From: Shigella phage Ag3
Sequence record: FJ373894
Strand: one strand, 5' to 3'
Length of the DNA stretch: 64,000 nt
Positions 28,813 through 38,492 of the stretch are shown one piece after another; within the stretch, counting starts at the first letter, position 1; every line of letters starts with the position of its first letter. Made by a program: the position numbers and the translations under genes. Below the pieces are notes generated by a model, which worked only from the letters and a program-made list of their open reading frames with translations, was not told the DNA's origin and did not search any database.

Positions 28813-28862
28813 GATTTGTTTCCTCAGAAAAAGAAATCCCCCTGTATTTAGGGGGATTGTAA

Positions 28863-29102
28863 TCACGGCTTGACCAGAGTCATCTTGACGGTTTCACCCG
28901 TGTCGGTGTCTGTCAGGGTCATGACGTCTTGCGCATTCACAGACTTCACTTTCCCTTGTCGTTTGTCGCCGTTGCGGTTGTAGTAGTCGATCAGCTCGCC
29001 TTTAGTTGGGCGACCAACATCAGTGATGTCATACTGTCCACGCTTACCCAGAGCACGATGGTCAACTTTCGCCTCTGCCAGGAAGTCTTTAAACCCTTTC
29101 AT
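28863..29102 (-). CDS. hypothetical protein
   Basis: 79-aa basic protein. Confidence 0.4.
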   Translation of the reverse strand: MKGFKDFLAEAKVDHRALGKRGQYDITDVGRPTKGELIDYYNRNGDKRQGKVKSVNAQDVMTLTDTDTGETVKMTLVKP

Positions 29103-29111
29103 ACAACCTCC

Positions 29112-29681
29112 TTAGACAGGCTTGACGCCGAGGAACTTGGCGATATCAGCAGCCAGGTTTTTACCCTTGCTGATGTCCTGTTCCTTGCCATTGCATGTGA
29201 CGATCACATACGGGTCGTCTTCGCCGCCGAAGTTCACGGTGATCGCCTTGCCGATGCCAGGGATGCCAGAGTATTCGAACTCAGTGCGACCACTTTTGCG
29301 GGACTTGCCAACACCCAGTGCTTTGCCGATCATCTTGTCCATGTTCGCCAGTTCCTGAGCATAGGCTTCGGTCACCTGACCTTTGTCAGCAGACTTGCCA
29401 AAGAAGAATTCGAAACCGTCATGGACAGCAACGACTTCCTGACCTTGGGAGATACCGTGAGTCTGGTCTGGGGTCAGCTTCACCTTGATGGTATTGCCGT
29501 TGGTTAACTCCAGGTTGTAGACATCCGCCTGATTGTCAGGGGTAATCTGGGTCACGGTAGCACCTGAGCACCACTGAGTGCCGTCAGCTTGCTTGGTGAT
29601 GGATACGCTTTTGCCCTGGACACCAGCATGGGTCTGAGGCTGAGCAGCTTGTTCTTTAAAGTATTGAAGGAACGGTTTCAT
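29112..29681 (-). CDS. hypothetical protein
   Basis: 189-aa ORF. Confidence 0.45.
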   Translation of the reverse strand: MKPFLQYFKEQAAQPQTHAGVQGKSVSITKQADGTQWCSGATVTQITPDNQADVYNLELTNGNTIKVKLTPDQTHGISQGQEVVAVHDGFEFFFGKSADKGQVTEAYAQELANMDKMIGKALGVGKSRKSGRTEFEYSGIPGIGKAITVNFGGEDDPYVIVTCNGKEQDISKGKNLAADIAKFLGVKPV

Positions 29682-29738
29682 CTTGAATCTCCTCGGGGAT
29701 TTCAGTTATTTATAAGCCCCCGAAGGGGCTTTAGATGA

Positions 29739-31658
29739 TCAGATTTTAATCTGCATGTTGCCGCCCAGGGACTGCTCATACTCACTGTATGCGCTCTCCC
29801 CGTCGTCTTTCGCCCACTGGTCAGACTGCTGGGCGCGAGCCAGAGTCATCAGGTTTGGTTCAGTCGGGTTGTAACCCTTGGATTTCGCATCCTGGTACAG
29901 AGTCTGCAGGTACTGGTTGGCGCGGTCAATCTGAGCTTTGAACTCGCGATATGCACCTTCAGTTGTATTGCGGCGGAAGGTGATATCCCAGTCCACGTTC
30001 AGAGTCTGACCATCACGGCTTGCATAGATCTGCCAATCCAGGTCGCGACCTTTTGGAGCGTTGTCGCGGATGGAACCAGCGTATGTTGCAAGGTCAACAC
30101 CAGTCTTCTTAGCAGTATCCGGTTCTTTATCCAGGCGTTCTGTTTCTTTGGACAGGATACCCAACATAAATTCATTGGTGCGGCGATCCGCCATGTCGTG
30201 CCCGCGCCAAAGGACTGAACCGTTGTTGTCAACAAAAATGTCGTCCAAAAATACTTGTTTCGGATTATGTGACGTGCTGTTCAGAGTTTGCATATTCCGA
30301 GATATCATTTCCATTTTAGAAGAAATTTCATCGATCACGGCCTGAACAATATCTTTCTTCAAAGGAAGTTCATATGTCTTCGGATTGTTCAACAGTCGCC
30401 CTTTCTGAGAGATCATCGGCGTGAACGCGACTTTTCCTTTGTCGTAGTAATAGGTCACATTCGTGGTCAATACAGCACCATCATACTTCCCAGTTTTCGG
30501 GAAATTGACACCAGACCAAGTGATGGACATACCGTTGACAGTCTCACCAAACACCATGGCGTTGCGCGGCATCTTCAGGGTTCCAGAGTTGACCAGATCA
30601 GCGCCCTGGGCATTCAGGTCGATAGAACCATAGATGGTCCCGCTACGATCTTTCAGCATCAGGGTCTTGTCGCCCTTCTCTGGGATGATTTCCAGCAGGT
30701 GCTTGCCGCGCAGAGGCTCTTTGTTGAGTTCCAACAGAGCAGTGTTCCCTGGTTTCACACGATTCAGGACAGCGTCGGTCACTTTCAGAGTCCAGTTTGC
30801 GGTCTCAACATAACCCCAACCCTGAGAATGGCGAATACCCTTGATAGGGTAAGGGGCGCTCATCGGCACTGCGCTAATTTCCCATTCGCCGCGATACTGA
30901 TGTTCGGCCACGTATGTGATCGTTTCCATGATTTCGTTTGCCACCCGACGAGCATCGCCAGAGATGACACCAGGCTGAGTTTCGATTTCAGAGAACACGT
31001 TGTAGGTCAGATTCTTGCCATCGACTGAATCGAAGCTGACGATGATCACCAGACCACCTTTAGTTTGATAACGCGCCTGTCCGATCTTCTTAATGCTTTC
31101 CCCTGGGAGATAGCTTGCTTTCTGGTCAATGTTGGTATCAATGATACCCAGAACACGAGCGATGAAACCGCTGTCACGCAATTGATCGATACTGGTTGCC
31201 CCGATTGTGGTGTTGGAGTCAGCTGGCGCGGACTTCTGCTGAGAACCTTTCCAAAATTTTGTGGACGCCGTGGTGAAATCATTCAGGATACTGATAGGGA
31301 CTTGCGGTAATTTCAACTGACGAGCAATGAAATCAGCACTTTGCCCACGCACAGATTTCTCATTCATGTATGCGCCAACATACACGCCTGGCTCATTGTA
31401 GTGGGGAGCGATATTTGCCGTGTTCATGCGGCCTCTCTCCTTACCAACCCATATCAACATGGGTTGATCCCCGTTTGAAGTTAATTTCCATCCGTTGGAA
31501 TCATCAACAGAAGATGAAGCCCCCACATCTGGGGTATTGTCCTGAACCGGAACGTCGCCGACCTTGTCCGGGTCATCCCATGTGATGCCCTGCATCTTCG
31601 GACCGTCGAATACCTGAGCAGGATCTTTACCCTTGCGAACCAGCCATACATAAACCAC
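29739..31658 (-). CDS. large hypothetical protein
   Basis: 639-aa ORF (GTG at 31658; true start may be the downstream ATG near 31595); no recognised catalytic motif. Confidence 0.5.
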   Translation of the reverse strand: MVYVWLVRKGKDPAQVFDGPKMQGITWDDPDKVGDVPVQDNTPDVGASSSVDDSNGWKLTSNGDQPMLIWVGKERGRMNTANIAPHYNEPGVYVGAYMNEKSVRGQSADFIARQLKLPQVPISILNDFTTASTKFWKGSQQKSAPADSNTTIGATSIDQLRDSGFIARVLGIIDTNIDQKASYLPGESIKKIGQARYQTKGGLVIIVSFDSVDGKNLTYNVFSEIETQPGVISGDARRVANEIMETITYVAEHQYRGEWEISAVPMSAPYPIKGIRHSQGWGYVETANWTLKVTDAVLNRVKPGNTALLELNKEPLRGKHLLEIIPEKGDKTLMLKDRSGTIYGSIDLNAQGADLVNSGTLKMPRNAMVFGETVNGMSITWSGVNFPKTGKYDGAVLTTNVTYYYDKGKVAFTPMISQKGRLLNNPKTYELPLKKDIVQAVIDEISSKMEMISRNMQTLNSTSHNPKQVFLDDIFVDNNGSVLWRGHDMADRRTNEFMLGILSKETERLDKEPDTAKKTGVDLATYAGSIRDNAPKGRDLDWQIYASRDGQTLNVDWDITFRRNTTEGAYREFKAQIDRANQYLQTLYQDAKSKGYNPTEPNLMTLARAQQSDQWAKDDGESAYSEYEQSLGGNMQIKI

Positions 31659-32118
31659 GGTCAGGGACAGGCGCGTAGGTCAGGTCCATGACGTTCAGCT
31701 TCTGCTTCAGGCCGGACTGGCGGATGATCTTAGGAATCAGGGTCATCCCGCGTTCCAGCGCTTTCTTAGAGAAGTTGACAGCATAACCATCGATGGTCTT
31801 GCCCAGAGGGGTCGCCAGGAACTGCTTGGTCGCTTCGATCATGGAAGCAATGACGCGCATTGGGTTCTTGAAGCGAGCGATAGCATCAGGATAGACGGAG
31901 CCGCGCTTCTGGCCGATGAAGACCTGACGAACGTTCTTGCCCAGCCCCTGAGGGGTATAGAACTGAATGCGGTATTCCTTTTCATCTTCGTCGATGAAGG
32001 TGAAGAACACATCGCCTGCGTTCTTCTTGCCCATGGTCAGCTCATACGGAGCGGAGTTGAACGCTTCGTCCAACTGATCCTTTTCCTGCATGAACTGAAG
32101 GAAATTTGGCTTTGACAT
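31627..32118 (-). CDS. hypothetical protein
   Basis: ORF 31627..32169, start at ATG 32116-32118 with AGGAG RBS. Confidence 0.45.
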   Translation of the reverse strand: MSKPNFLQFMQEKDQLDEAFNSAPYELTMGKKNAGDVFFTFIDEDEKEYRIQFYTPQGLGKNVRQVFIGQKRGSVYPDAIARFKNPMRVIASMIEATKQFLATPLGKTIDGYAVNFSKKALERGMTLIPKIIRQSGLKQKLNVMDLTYAPVPDRGLCMAGSQG

Positions 32119-32193
32119 TTTGTATCTCCTGATGGAATTATGGCGGTTTCTTCTAATTAGCGAAACCAAAAGAGAGCCGAAGCTCCCCTTATC

Positions 32194-32529
32194 TTATTTT
32201 TGAACTTTGGCTACCGACATCGCCCAGAGTGGGAGGGTGTGTGAGTCCAGGGCTTCCAGCAGATATTCAATGCGCTCTGACATGATGCCTTCAGGGAAGT
32301 TTACTTCTTCCGGCTCGTTATTGGCCGTCCAGCCCAGAGATAACCCTTCAGCGTGATGGATGATATAAACGAAGTCGCCTGATTCGTAGTCCTTTTCCAT
32401 CAGGTCGAAGAACGCTTCCATCTCTTCGTCGGAGAAATAGTAGATGCGAGGTACAGAGCCGTCAGCAAAGTGCTCAGCGCCCTGGAAGGCAAACATGTCA
32501 TCGGCTGTGAAGTTCTTGAGTTGTGTCAT
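32194..32529 (-). CDS. hypothetical acidic protein
   Basis: ORF 32194..32550; start at ATG 32527-32529 preceded by conserved GGAACTATATC motif. Confidence 0.45.
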   Translation of the reverse strand: MTQLKNFTADDMFAFQGAEHFADGSVPRIYYFSDEEMEAFFDLMEKDYESGDFVYIIHHAEGLSLGWTANNEPEEVNFPEGIMSERIEYLLEALDSHTLPLWAMSVAKVQK

Positions 32530-32551
32530 GATATAGTTCCTTCGGTTCAAA

Positions 32552-32827
32552 TTAACGGCGGAAAGGGCGGTTTGCGTTTTCGCGGTTAGACCAATTCTTT
32601 TCAGCCCGAGCGATAGCCGCTGGACTCCATTCGCGTTCCCACTCTTTGTCTACTTCAGCCTGGTTGGCAGGCTCTACCATTTCAACACCAGGGAAGTCGC
32701 GTGACATGATTTCGCGCAGCTGGGCAGCTGGGGCAGTCTGGGCGTGGATCAATTCTTCGCCGTCGTAAACCTTGGCCATCAGGTATTTCTGGCCGTGGCG
32801 GATATATGCGTCGAGGATAATTTTCAT
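32552..32827 (-). CDS. hypothetical protein
   Basis: ORF 32552..32848 (TTG); probable ATG start at 32825-32827 with AGGAA RBS. Confidence 0.45.
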   Translation of the reverse strand: MKIILDAYIRHGQKYLMAKVYDGEELIHAQTAPAAQLREIMSRDFPGVEMVEPANQAEVDKEWEREWSPAAIARAEKNWSNRENANRPFRR

Positions 32828-32901
32828 GGTGTAGTTCCTGCTTTTCAAGTTGGTGTCGTACTGCTTATGGAATGAAGTATAGGGAAGGATATTGAAGAAG
32901 T

Positions 32902-32921
32902 AAAGGGGCGTTTGCCCCTTT
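32902..32921 (-). terminator. terminator hairpin
   Basis: AAAGGGGC-GTTT-GCCCCTTT 8-bp stem with flanking T-run. Confidence 0.55.
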
Positions 32922-32934
32922 TATTGAATTATTT

Positions 32935-33573
32935 TTAAGGCGTTGGGTTCACAATCGGAATGTGGAATCTGATTCCTGCGATGATATCCTTCAGCTGTGG
33001 CTTCCAGCCATCTACCAAACGGGGTAGAGCGATAGCACCAGGCTGAACTAAAATGATGTCGCTGCCTGTGATATTGTGCTGAGGGAACTGGGCAAGGTAC
33101 TGCTCCATGGTGACACCCTCATCAATCAGAACCGCACCGACGTCAGACGATGCGTAGGTTGCACCCAGACCGTCAACGCCCCACGCCAAGATGCCCCAGT
33201 CAGGGATGTTGGCTTCAGATGTGATGGTGAACCCAAACACAGTGTTCAGGGAGGTGAAGGAATAGACATCGTGAGTGATGTCATACACCAGATACCCCTT
33301 GGCCAGCATATCGGCAAAGATCGCGTCCGTATCCCCCGCCGCTGGAGTTGGCACAGAAAACAGCAGCTCGCCCTCAGGAGGGGCAGGATACGTGCCGAGG
33401 GCATAGAGGCACCATGCATCAATGCACTTCTTAATGAACGCCTCGGGTGCGACATAATCGGCAAGGCGCACAGTCCCCGAGTACTCGGATACGATGATGC
33501 CTTCCTTCGTGCCCTGTAGAGCGATGAAGACCAAGATATGTTCATATCCGGTCTGAGATGGAGTGATGTTCAT
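32935..33573 (-). CDS. hypothetical protein
   Basis: ORF 32935..33669, start at internal Met (MNITPSQ) overlapping upstream stop. Confidence 0.45.
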   Translation of the reverse strand: MNITPSQTGYEHILVFIALQGTKEGIIVSEYSGTVRLADYVAPEAFIKKCIDAWCLYALGTYPAPPEGELLFSVPTPAAGDTDAIFADMLAKGYLVYDITHDVYSFTSLNTVFGFTITSEANIPDWGILAWGVDGLGATYASSDVGAVLIDEGVTMEQYLAQFPQHNITGSDIILVQPGAIALPRLVDGWKPQLKDIIAGIRFHIPIVNPTP

Positions 33574-34187
33574 TATCTTGTCCTCTTCAGTTTCTCTATC
33601 GTGCGCTTGTTCATGGCGATCACCCGAGGATCTACCTCGGAGATGGTCCGGCCTTTGAAGGACACACATTTCTGAAGATATTTAGCTTTCTTCACGACGT
33701 CAGCGGCATAAGCGTTCGATGCGGGATTACGGGCGAAGCCAGCATTGTAAGAGGAGAGGGATTTGCGTACATTCTGCTTGTGATAGGTCAGCCAGAACTG
33801 CATCTCATCGAGGGCGGCTTGCGCGGCATATTCTTGGTCGGTCAGCAACTTTATGGCGACATTGGCATAGCACTTGCGATTCTTACAACCTTCGCGATCA
33901 CCAACTGTCTTCACCTTGTTCTGAAAGGCTCCCATGTTGGCCGCCTTGAGACCGTAGCGCATTGACACTACATCTTCACCAGCACGGCTCTCTCGCCAAG
34001 ATATGGCAGCCAGGGTGTAACCAAGATCTTGTGTCTTGCCTATGTGGTAGGCAGTTGCCAGCGTATTAAGTTGTTGCTCAGAGAAATCATAAACACATTG
34101 ACTTGTATTTTGGGAAGCGTGCACATTCCCGCTGGCAATGGTAAAGGTCACGGACAAGGCCATGGCCTTCAACGTTGTCATCGTCAT
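33573..34187 (-). CDS. secreted protein with signal peptide (possible lytic transglycosylase-like)
   Basis: 204 aa; N-terminal signal peptide MTMTTLKAMALSVTFTIASGNVHA; ISWRESR motif reminiscent of SLT catalytic Glu-Ser; weak. Confidence 0.4.
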   Translation of the reverse strand: MTMTTLKAMALSVTFTIASGNVHASQNTSQCVYDFSEQQLNTLATAYHIGKTQDLGYTLAAISWRESRAGEDVVSMRYGLKAANMGAFQNKVKTVGDREGCKNRKCYANVAIKLLTDQEYAAQAALDEMQFWLTYHKQNVRKSLSSYNAGFARNPASNAYAADVVKKAKYLQKCVSFKGRTISEVDPRVIAMNKRTIEKLKRTR

Positions 34188-34286
34188 GATGGCGTTCCTT
34201 ATGTGGATTGTCGACTTGCAGCTCGCTTGAGCCTCCTGACAGGGGTTAAAAGATAAAGGGCACGTGGTATTTAGTGCCCTTTGGCC

Positions 34287-34565
34287 TCATTCATAGATGA
34301 GGTGGTAGGATTCTTCGATGCACTCCAGCCAGCCGTAGACGAACTGTAGAGGGTCATCCCAGTCACACGCCTTGCCGATCGTGAACTGACCGTCTAGACA
34401 ATCCCCGCGCTCGTAGAAGTTCACGGTGCCATCAATCGTGATAACGTTTCCAGTCTGCATCACTGCTTTGACACCAACCGCAACCTTGTGGTGTTTATGT
34501 TTCGCATTCCAGGTATCAGCAGCAATCTGGCCTGCCGAAAACAGTTCAACGTTGTCTTCTTTCAT
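34287..34565 (-). CDS. hypothetical protein
   Basis: 92-aa ORF. Confidence 0.4.
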   Translation of the reverse strand: MKEDNVELFSAGQIAADTWNAKHKHHKVAVGVKAVMQTGNVITIDGTVNFYERGDCLDGQFTIGKACDWDDPLQFVYGWLECIEESYHLIYE

Positions 34566-34875
34566 ACGTTTGTCTCAGGTGTTCAGTAAAGGATTTACCC
34601 AGCTTGCGGAATAGTTTAATACGACCAATGACTTTGACGTAAACATCTCCGTGGCAGGGGCGTGGCTTACACCAGCACCCCAAGATCTTCCCGTCAAGCT
34701 CAAGGAGTTCATCCTCGGTGATATCCCCTTCAATCAGGCGCACATACAGGTCTTCTTCAAACAGTTCGATACAGACGCCTCGTCCATGGTCTTTGACCTC
34801 GAACGGGTTCCCCCATTTACCAGGCCGACCAATGTAGACGTCGTATGGCTCCTTCTTGAAGTGGACGACTTTCAT
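34546..34875 (-). CDS. DUF4326-family protein (GNP and CWC motifs)
   Basis: 109 aa; WGNPF and CWCKPRPCHG motifs characteristic of DUF4326 as I recall the family. Confidence 0.5.
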   Translation of the reverse strand: MKVVHFKKEPYDVYIGRPGKWGNPFEVKDHGRGVCIELFEEDLYVRLIEGDITEDELLELDGKILGCWCKPRPCHGDVYVKVIGRIKLFRKLGKSFTEHLRQTYERRQR

Positions 34876-35036
34876 TTCAGGATTTGACCTGCAAGTAGAT
34901 AACAGAACCAGACAGAGAACCCGAGATACCCCAGTGCTTTCAGGTAGTTTTTCCTTTCGGTTTCACGAGAAAATGCAATGATGTCAATGATGCATGCAAA
35001 GATCAGAATAGCCAGTTTAATTTGTTCGTAGTTCAT
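34872..35036 (-). CDS. small membrane protein (54 aa)
   Basis: not in ORF track; ATG 35034-35036 with AAGAAGGA RBS, two hydrophobic segments, stop overlaps downstream ATG (ATGA). Confidence 0.35.
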   Translation of the reverse strand: MNYEQIKLAILIFACIIDIIAFSRETERKNYLKALGYLGFSVWFCYLLAGQILK

Positions 35037-35038
35037 AA

Positions 35039-37375
35039 TCAATCCTTCTTGATAACTTCGGTCAGGCCGTTTCGCAGGCCATAACGGATGTTGTGTTGGA
35101 AGTATTCCTGGAACTCCTGCTCACGCTGACTGATGACAAACAGGTTGTTCCCGCCGAACTTATGCTTCAGCATCTCAACCGATTCCTGCACCCCGCGCTC
35201 GCTCATGTTCTCAAGGATTTCGTCCAGGACAAACAGGTTACATTGCACCGATGCCTTGAGGTTAGCCACGTCGCGCAGAGCCAGTGTCACCGCCAGGTTC
35301 AAACGACTGCGCTGGCCAGTAGACAGGGAGAAGATGCTCTGCCCCTTGCGGCCTGCTGCGCTCATGGTGATCTCAAAGGTATCGTCAACAACGATGTCCA
35401 GGAACATGTTGAGGGCTTCAAGATACTCGTTGATCTTGCTATTGAGGAATGGCAAGTACAGGGCGATGATACGCGCCTTGGTCTGGTCATCCTTCAAGAA
35501 GAACAGGAGGTGCTGTAAGTCCTGGAGTTCCTCATCTGCATCTTCACGGAGTTCATACAGAGCCTCCAGTTCACCTTCCAACGCAGCGATAGAGTTCTCC
35601 AGGTCGGCGGTAGGCGTCGGCTGTACAGCCAGTTTACGCTCCAGATCGGCAATAGACGCCACGAGAGGAGCACGACGGGCTTTCAGCTCGGCGATCTTAT
35701 CATCGACGGCTTTAATCCCGCTGACGGCATTCTCTCGCGTCTGTTGCAGCGACGCAGTGATGTCTTCAAAACGAACGTTCAGCGCCTTGCGGATGTCAAG
35801 GATCTTCTGTTGGCATTCACGGTTCAGCGAATTACACTCAATCGTGGCCGCTTCATGGAACCCCTGAATGTCACGGTGCAGCTGCTTGATGTTGTCAACG
35901 ATTTCGTCGGCCTGCTTGCGCATTGCATCCAGTTCGGCATCCAACACAGCAATGTCAGCAACCAGCTTGTCGTCCTGAGCCTTGTGACCATCAATCAGGG
36001 CGGTGACATCGGCAGTGACCTTATCCAGCTGATCCAACTTCGCCTGCAGTTCCTGTATCTGAGGGTTGTACTTGCTCTCAATGCGCGCCTTGGTATCGTC
36101 AGACACCAGCTGGGTGCATGTTGGGCAAGCCCCCATATCGTGGAAGCGCTTGATGGCCGCTTGATGACCATCCATTTCTGTTTGGAAACGGATACGGAAG
36201 TTCTCACCCTGTTGGCGGCGCTGGATAGCAGCGTTCAGGGTGTCCAGGTTGGCGTTGCGTTCGGTGAGCAGGGTGTTCTTGCTTTCGGCCACCGTAAAGG
36301 CGCGGTCACGCAAGACCTGAAGATCATGCTCCGCAGTAGACACTTCGATGCGCTCATAATCATCGGCCTTTTCCTGAGCGGCATCCTTCACCGCCTGGAT
36401 CTTGGCTTCAAAGTCTTTCTTGACAGCCTCGATCTCCACCATGGATTCGTCATGAAGGCGGCTTTCCACCGTCTTCATTTCCTGAGTGGCTTCGAATTCC
36501 ACGGCAGTGAGACGGGTGCGCTCCTCATTCTGCGCGGCAATGTCAGCGTCCAGCGATACCAGGGCTTCCCGTTGCTGTACAAGGATATCGGCCGACTGCT
36601 GTTGGATAAGGGCATTGGATTGCTCTATCTGCTGCAGCTGCGTCTTCTTGTTGGTGTGGTCAACAACCTTCAACGCACATTCATTCGCGATCGTGTCCAG
36701 CTTTTCGTTCGCTTTCTTGATGGATGCCTTGACATCTTCGTTCATCAGGCTGAAGAAGCCCAAGTCCCAGATAGTCTCCACCATGGCGCGACGGTCGGCG
36801 GTGTACATCTCCGTGAACGGAATGAACTTCTCTTTGCCCAGCACCAGAGAGTTCTCAAACATCTTCTGGTCCACGCCGATGAGGTTCACGATGTACTTGT
36901 TCATGTCGGCTTTGGCTGCTTCATTATCGATCTGCAACCACTTGCCGTCCACCATCTGGTAGACTTCAACAAAGTCAGGTTTAATGCCACGGCGAACCTT
37001 CCATTCGCTACCACGGCAGGCAAACTCTACCTCACCCACACATTCCTTGCGGCTCTGTGAGTTTACCAGGCCTGCCTTCTTCTCCTTCTTGCTGTATGTG
37101 TCGTTGTACAGTACGAAGAATAGCAGCCATACCAACATCGTGGATTTACCCGCGCCGTTATCGTCAGACGTGACGAGGGTAGCCGGGTTGCGCTGGTAAT
37201 CAATCTCCATGAACTGATTACCAATGGAGCGGAAGTTCTTGGCGCGGCCTTTGCGGAAGGTCAGTTTGTGCGTAATGTTGTCACGCACTTCAAATGGGAC
37301 TTCGACCTCAACCGGAGTGTCGGCTTCCTTCAAAAGATTGCCAAATTTGGCCAGGATATCTGTGCTCTGAGTCAT
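35039..37375 (-). CDS. 46: recombination endonuclease subunit gp46 (SbcC/Rad50-like ATPase)
   Basis: 778 aa; Walker A DDNGAGKST, long coiled-coil with zinc hook CPTC, C-terminal signature/D-loop (LSTGQRSRL, VLDE). Confidence 0.9.
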   Translation of the reverse strand: MTQSTDILAKFGNLLKEADTPVEVEVPFEVRDNITHKLTFRKGRAKNFRSIGNQFMEIDYQRNPATLVTSDDNGAGKSTMLVWLLFFVLYNDTYSKKEKKAGLVNSQSRKECVGEVEFACRGSEWKVRRGIKPDFVEVYQMVDGKWLQIDNEAAKADMNKYIVNLIGVDQKMFENSLVLGKEKFIPFTEMYTADRRAMVETIWDLGFFSLMNEDVKASIKKANEKLDTIANECALKVVDHTNKKTQLQQIEQSNALIQQQSADILVQQREALVSLDADIAAQNEERTRLTAVEFEATQEMKTVESRLHDESMVEIEAVKKDFEAKIQAVKDAAQEKADDYERIEVSTAEHDLQVLRDRAFTVAESKNTLLTERNANLDTLNAAIQRRQQGENFRIRFQTEMDGHQAAIKRFHDMGACPTCTQLVSDDTKARIESKYNPQIQELQAKLDQLDKVTADVTALIDGHKAQDDKLVADIAVLDAELDAMRKQADEIVDNIKQLHRDIQGFHEAATIECNSLNRECQQKILDIRKALNVRFEDITASLQQTRENAVSGIKAVDDKIAELKARRAPLVASIADLERKLAVQPTPTADLENSIAALEGELEALYELREDADEELQDLQHLLFFLKDDQTKARIIALYLPFLNSKINEYLEALNMFLDIVVDDTFEITMSAAGRKGQSIFSLSTGQRSRLNLAVTLALRDVANLKASVQCNLFVLDEILENMSERGVQESVEMLKHKFGGNNLFVISQREQEFQEYFQHNIRYGLRNGLTEVIKKD

Positions 37376-37376
37376 G

Positions 37377-38492
37377 TTATGCGTCCAGTTTGTTCAGGCG
37401 TTGTTGGGCAGCATTGTAGAAGTGCTCTGCCAGTTTACAGACGTTGTCAGGGCGCTGGATGTTGTTCCCGGCGCGGATATCCTTCTTCAGGACTTCCACT
37501 GCATCGGTCGCCACCATCTCTTCAGTGACCTCAACCTTCTCAGCCGCCACGGTGATAGTCCGGTCGATGAAGTTGTAGTCAATGCACTTGCAGCGCTTCA
37601 TGGCATCACAGAACTTTTCATAATGCTTAGCATTGTCGCGGTTCTGTACGATTACCTTAACGATCTGTCCTTCAATACCCAAGCCTGTGTTCAGCCATTC
37701 CGGGTCGATCCAGTTACCCTCATCGTCTGAGGACAACTTGGTGTAGTCATACTCCACATAGCGGAACAACGTCTGGTGCTCACTGTTGGGGATGAATACC
37801 TCTCCGCCGCGCATGTCGTCCACATAGAAGCCACGGTTGGTGCCGTCTTTGTAGTCTTCCCAGTTCAGGTGATACGGAGTCCCAATATATTGAATGTTAC
37901 CTTCCATCGAACGGGTATGGAAATGTCCCGTGTCGACCCTGGTAAACTTGGAAAGCAGAGCAACGTCGATCTGACCGTGATCACAAGTAGAAGACTGGTA
38001 CATTTTGAACCCTGCCAGCTCCAGATGCGCAAAACAGTACTCGGCGTCTGTATCTTGTATCGCTTTAATAGACGCATCATAGTTCTCCTTGTTGATCCAA
38101 GGCAGCAGCAGAGTCTTGACACCCTCGATCAACACTTCGGTCGGTTCGCTGTAGTAGCAGTACACATCTGGGTCGAGTTCGTTCAGGTAGGATGGCCAGT
38201 TGATGCGGTTGGTCTCTTCCAGGGTGATGTCGTGGTTGCCAACAATGCCATTCCACTTGATGCCAGCCGCTTTCAGCGCTGGAGTTAATTCATCCTTCAG
38301 CCAGTCTTTGTCGCGCCCGTACATGAATTTTCGGACGTCAAACGTGTCACCCAATTGCCAGACCTCATGGATGTCCGAGTCGACAAGCTCGGGGATGAAA
38401 TAGTTGATGAGGTAGTTCTTGATGAAGTCGCGAACGTAACGGGAACCATTACGGCTCCCGATATGCAGATCGCCTATTTTAGCAATCGCCAT
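37377..38492 (-). CDS. 47: recombination endonuclease subunit gp47 (SbcD/Mre11-like nuclease)
   Basis: 371 aa; calcineurin-like phosphoesterase motifs GDLH, GNHD. Confidence 0.9.
   Translation of the reverse strand: MAIAKIGDLHIGSRNGSRYVRDFIKNYLINYFIPELVDSDIHEVWQLGDTFDVRKFMYGRDKDWLKDELTPALKAAGIKWNGIVGNHDITLEETNRINWPSYLNELDPDVYCYYSEPTEVLIEGVKTLLLPWINKENYDASIKAIQDTDAEYCFAHLELAGFKMYQSSTCDHGQIDVALLSKFTRVDTGHFHTRSMEGNIQYIGTPYHLNWEDYKDGTNRGFYVDDMRGGEVFIPNSEHQTLFRYVEYDYTKLSSDDEGNWIDPEWLNTGLGIEGQIVKVIVQNRDNAKHYEKFCDAMKRCKCIDYNFIDRTITVAAEKVEVTEEMVATDAVEVLKKDIRAGNNIQRPDNVCKLAEHFYNAAQQRLNKLDA

Noticed and set aside
35744-37060. 438-aa plus-strand ORF antisense to gene 46
   Set aside because: Lies entirely within the minus-strand gp46 gene, whose Walker A, zinc hook and signature motifs validate the opposite frame; no RBS; low-complexity Leu/Val-rich translation typical of shadow ORFs.
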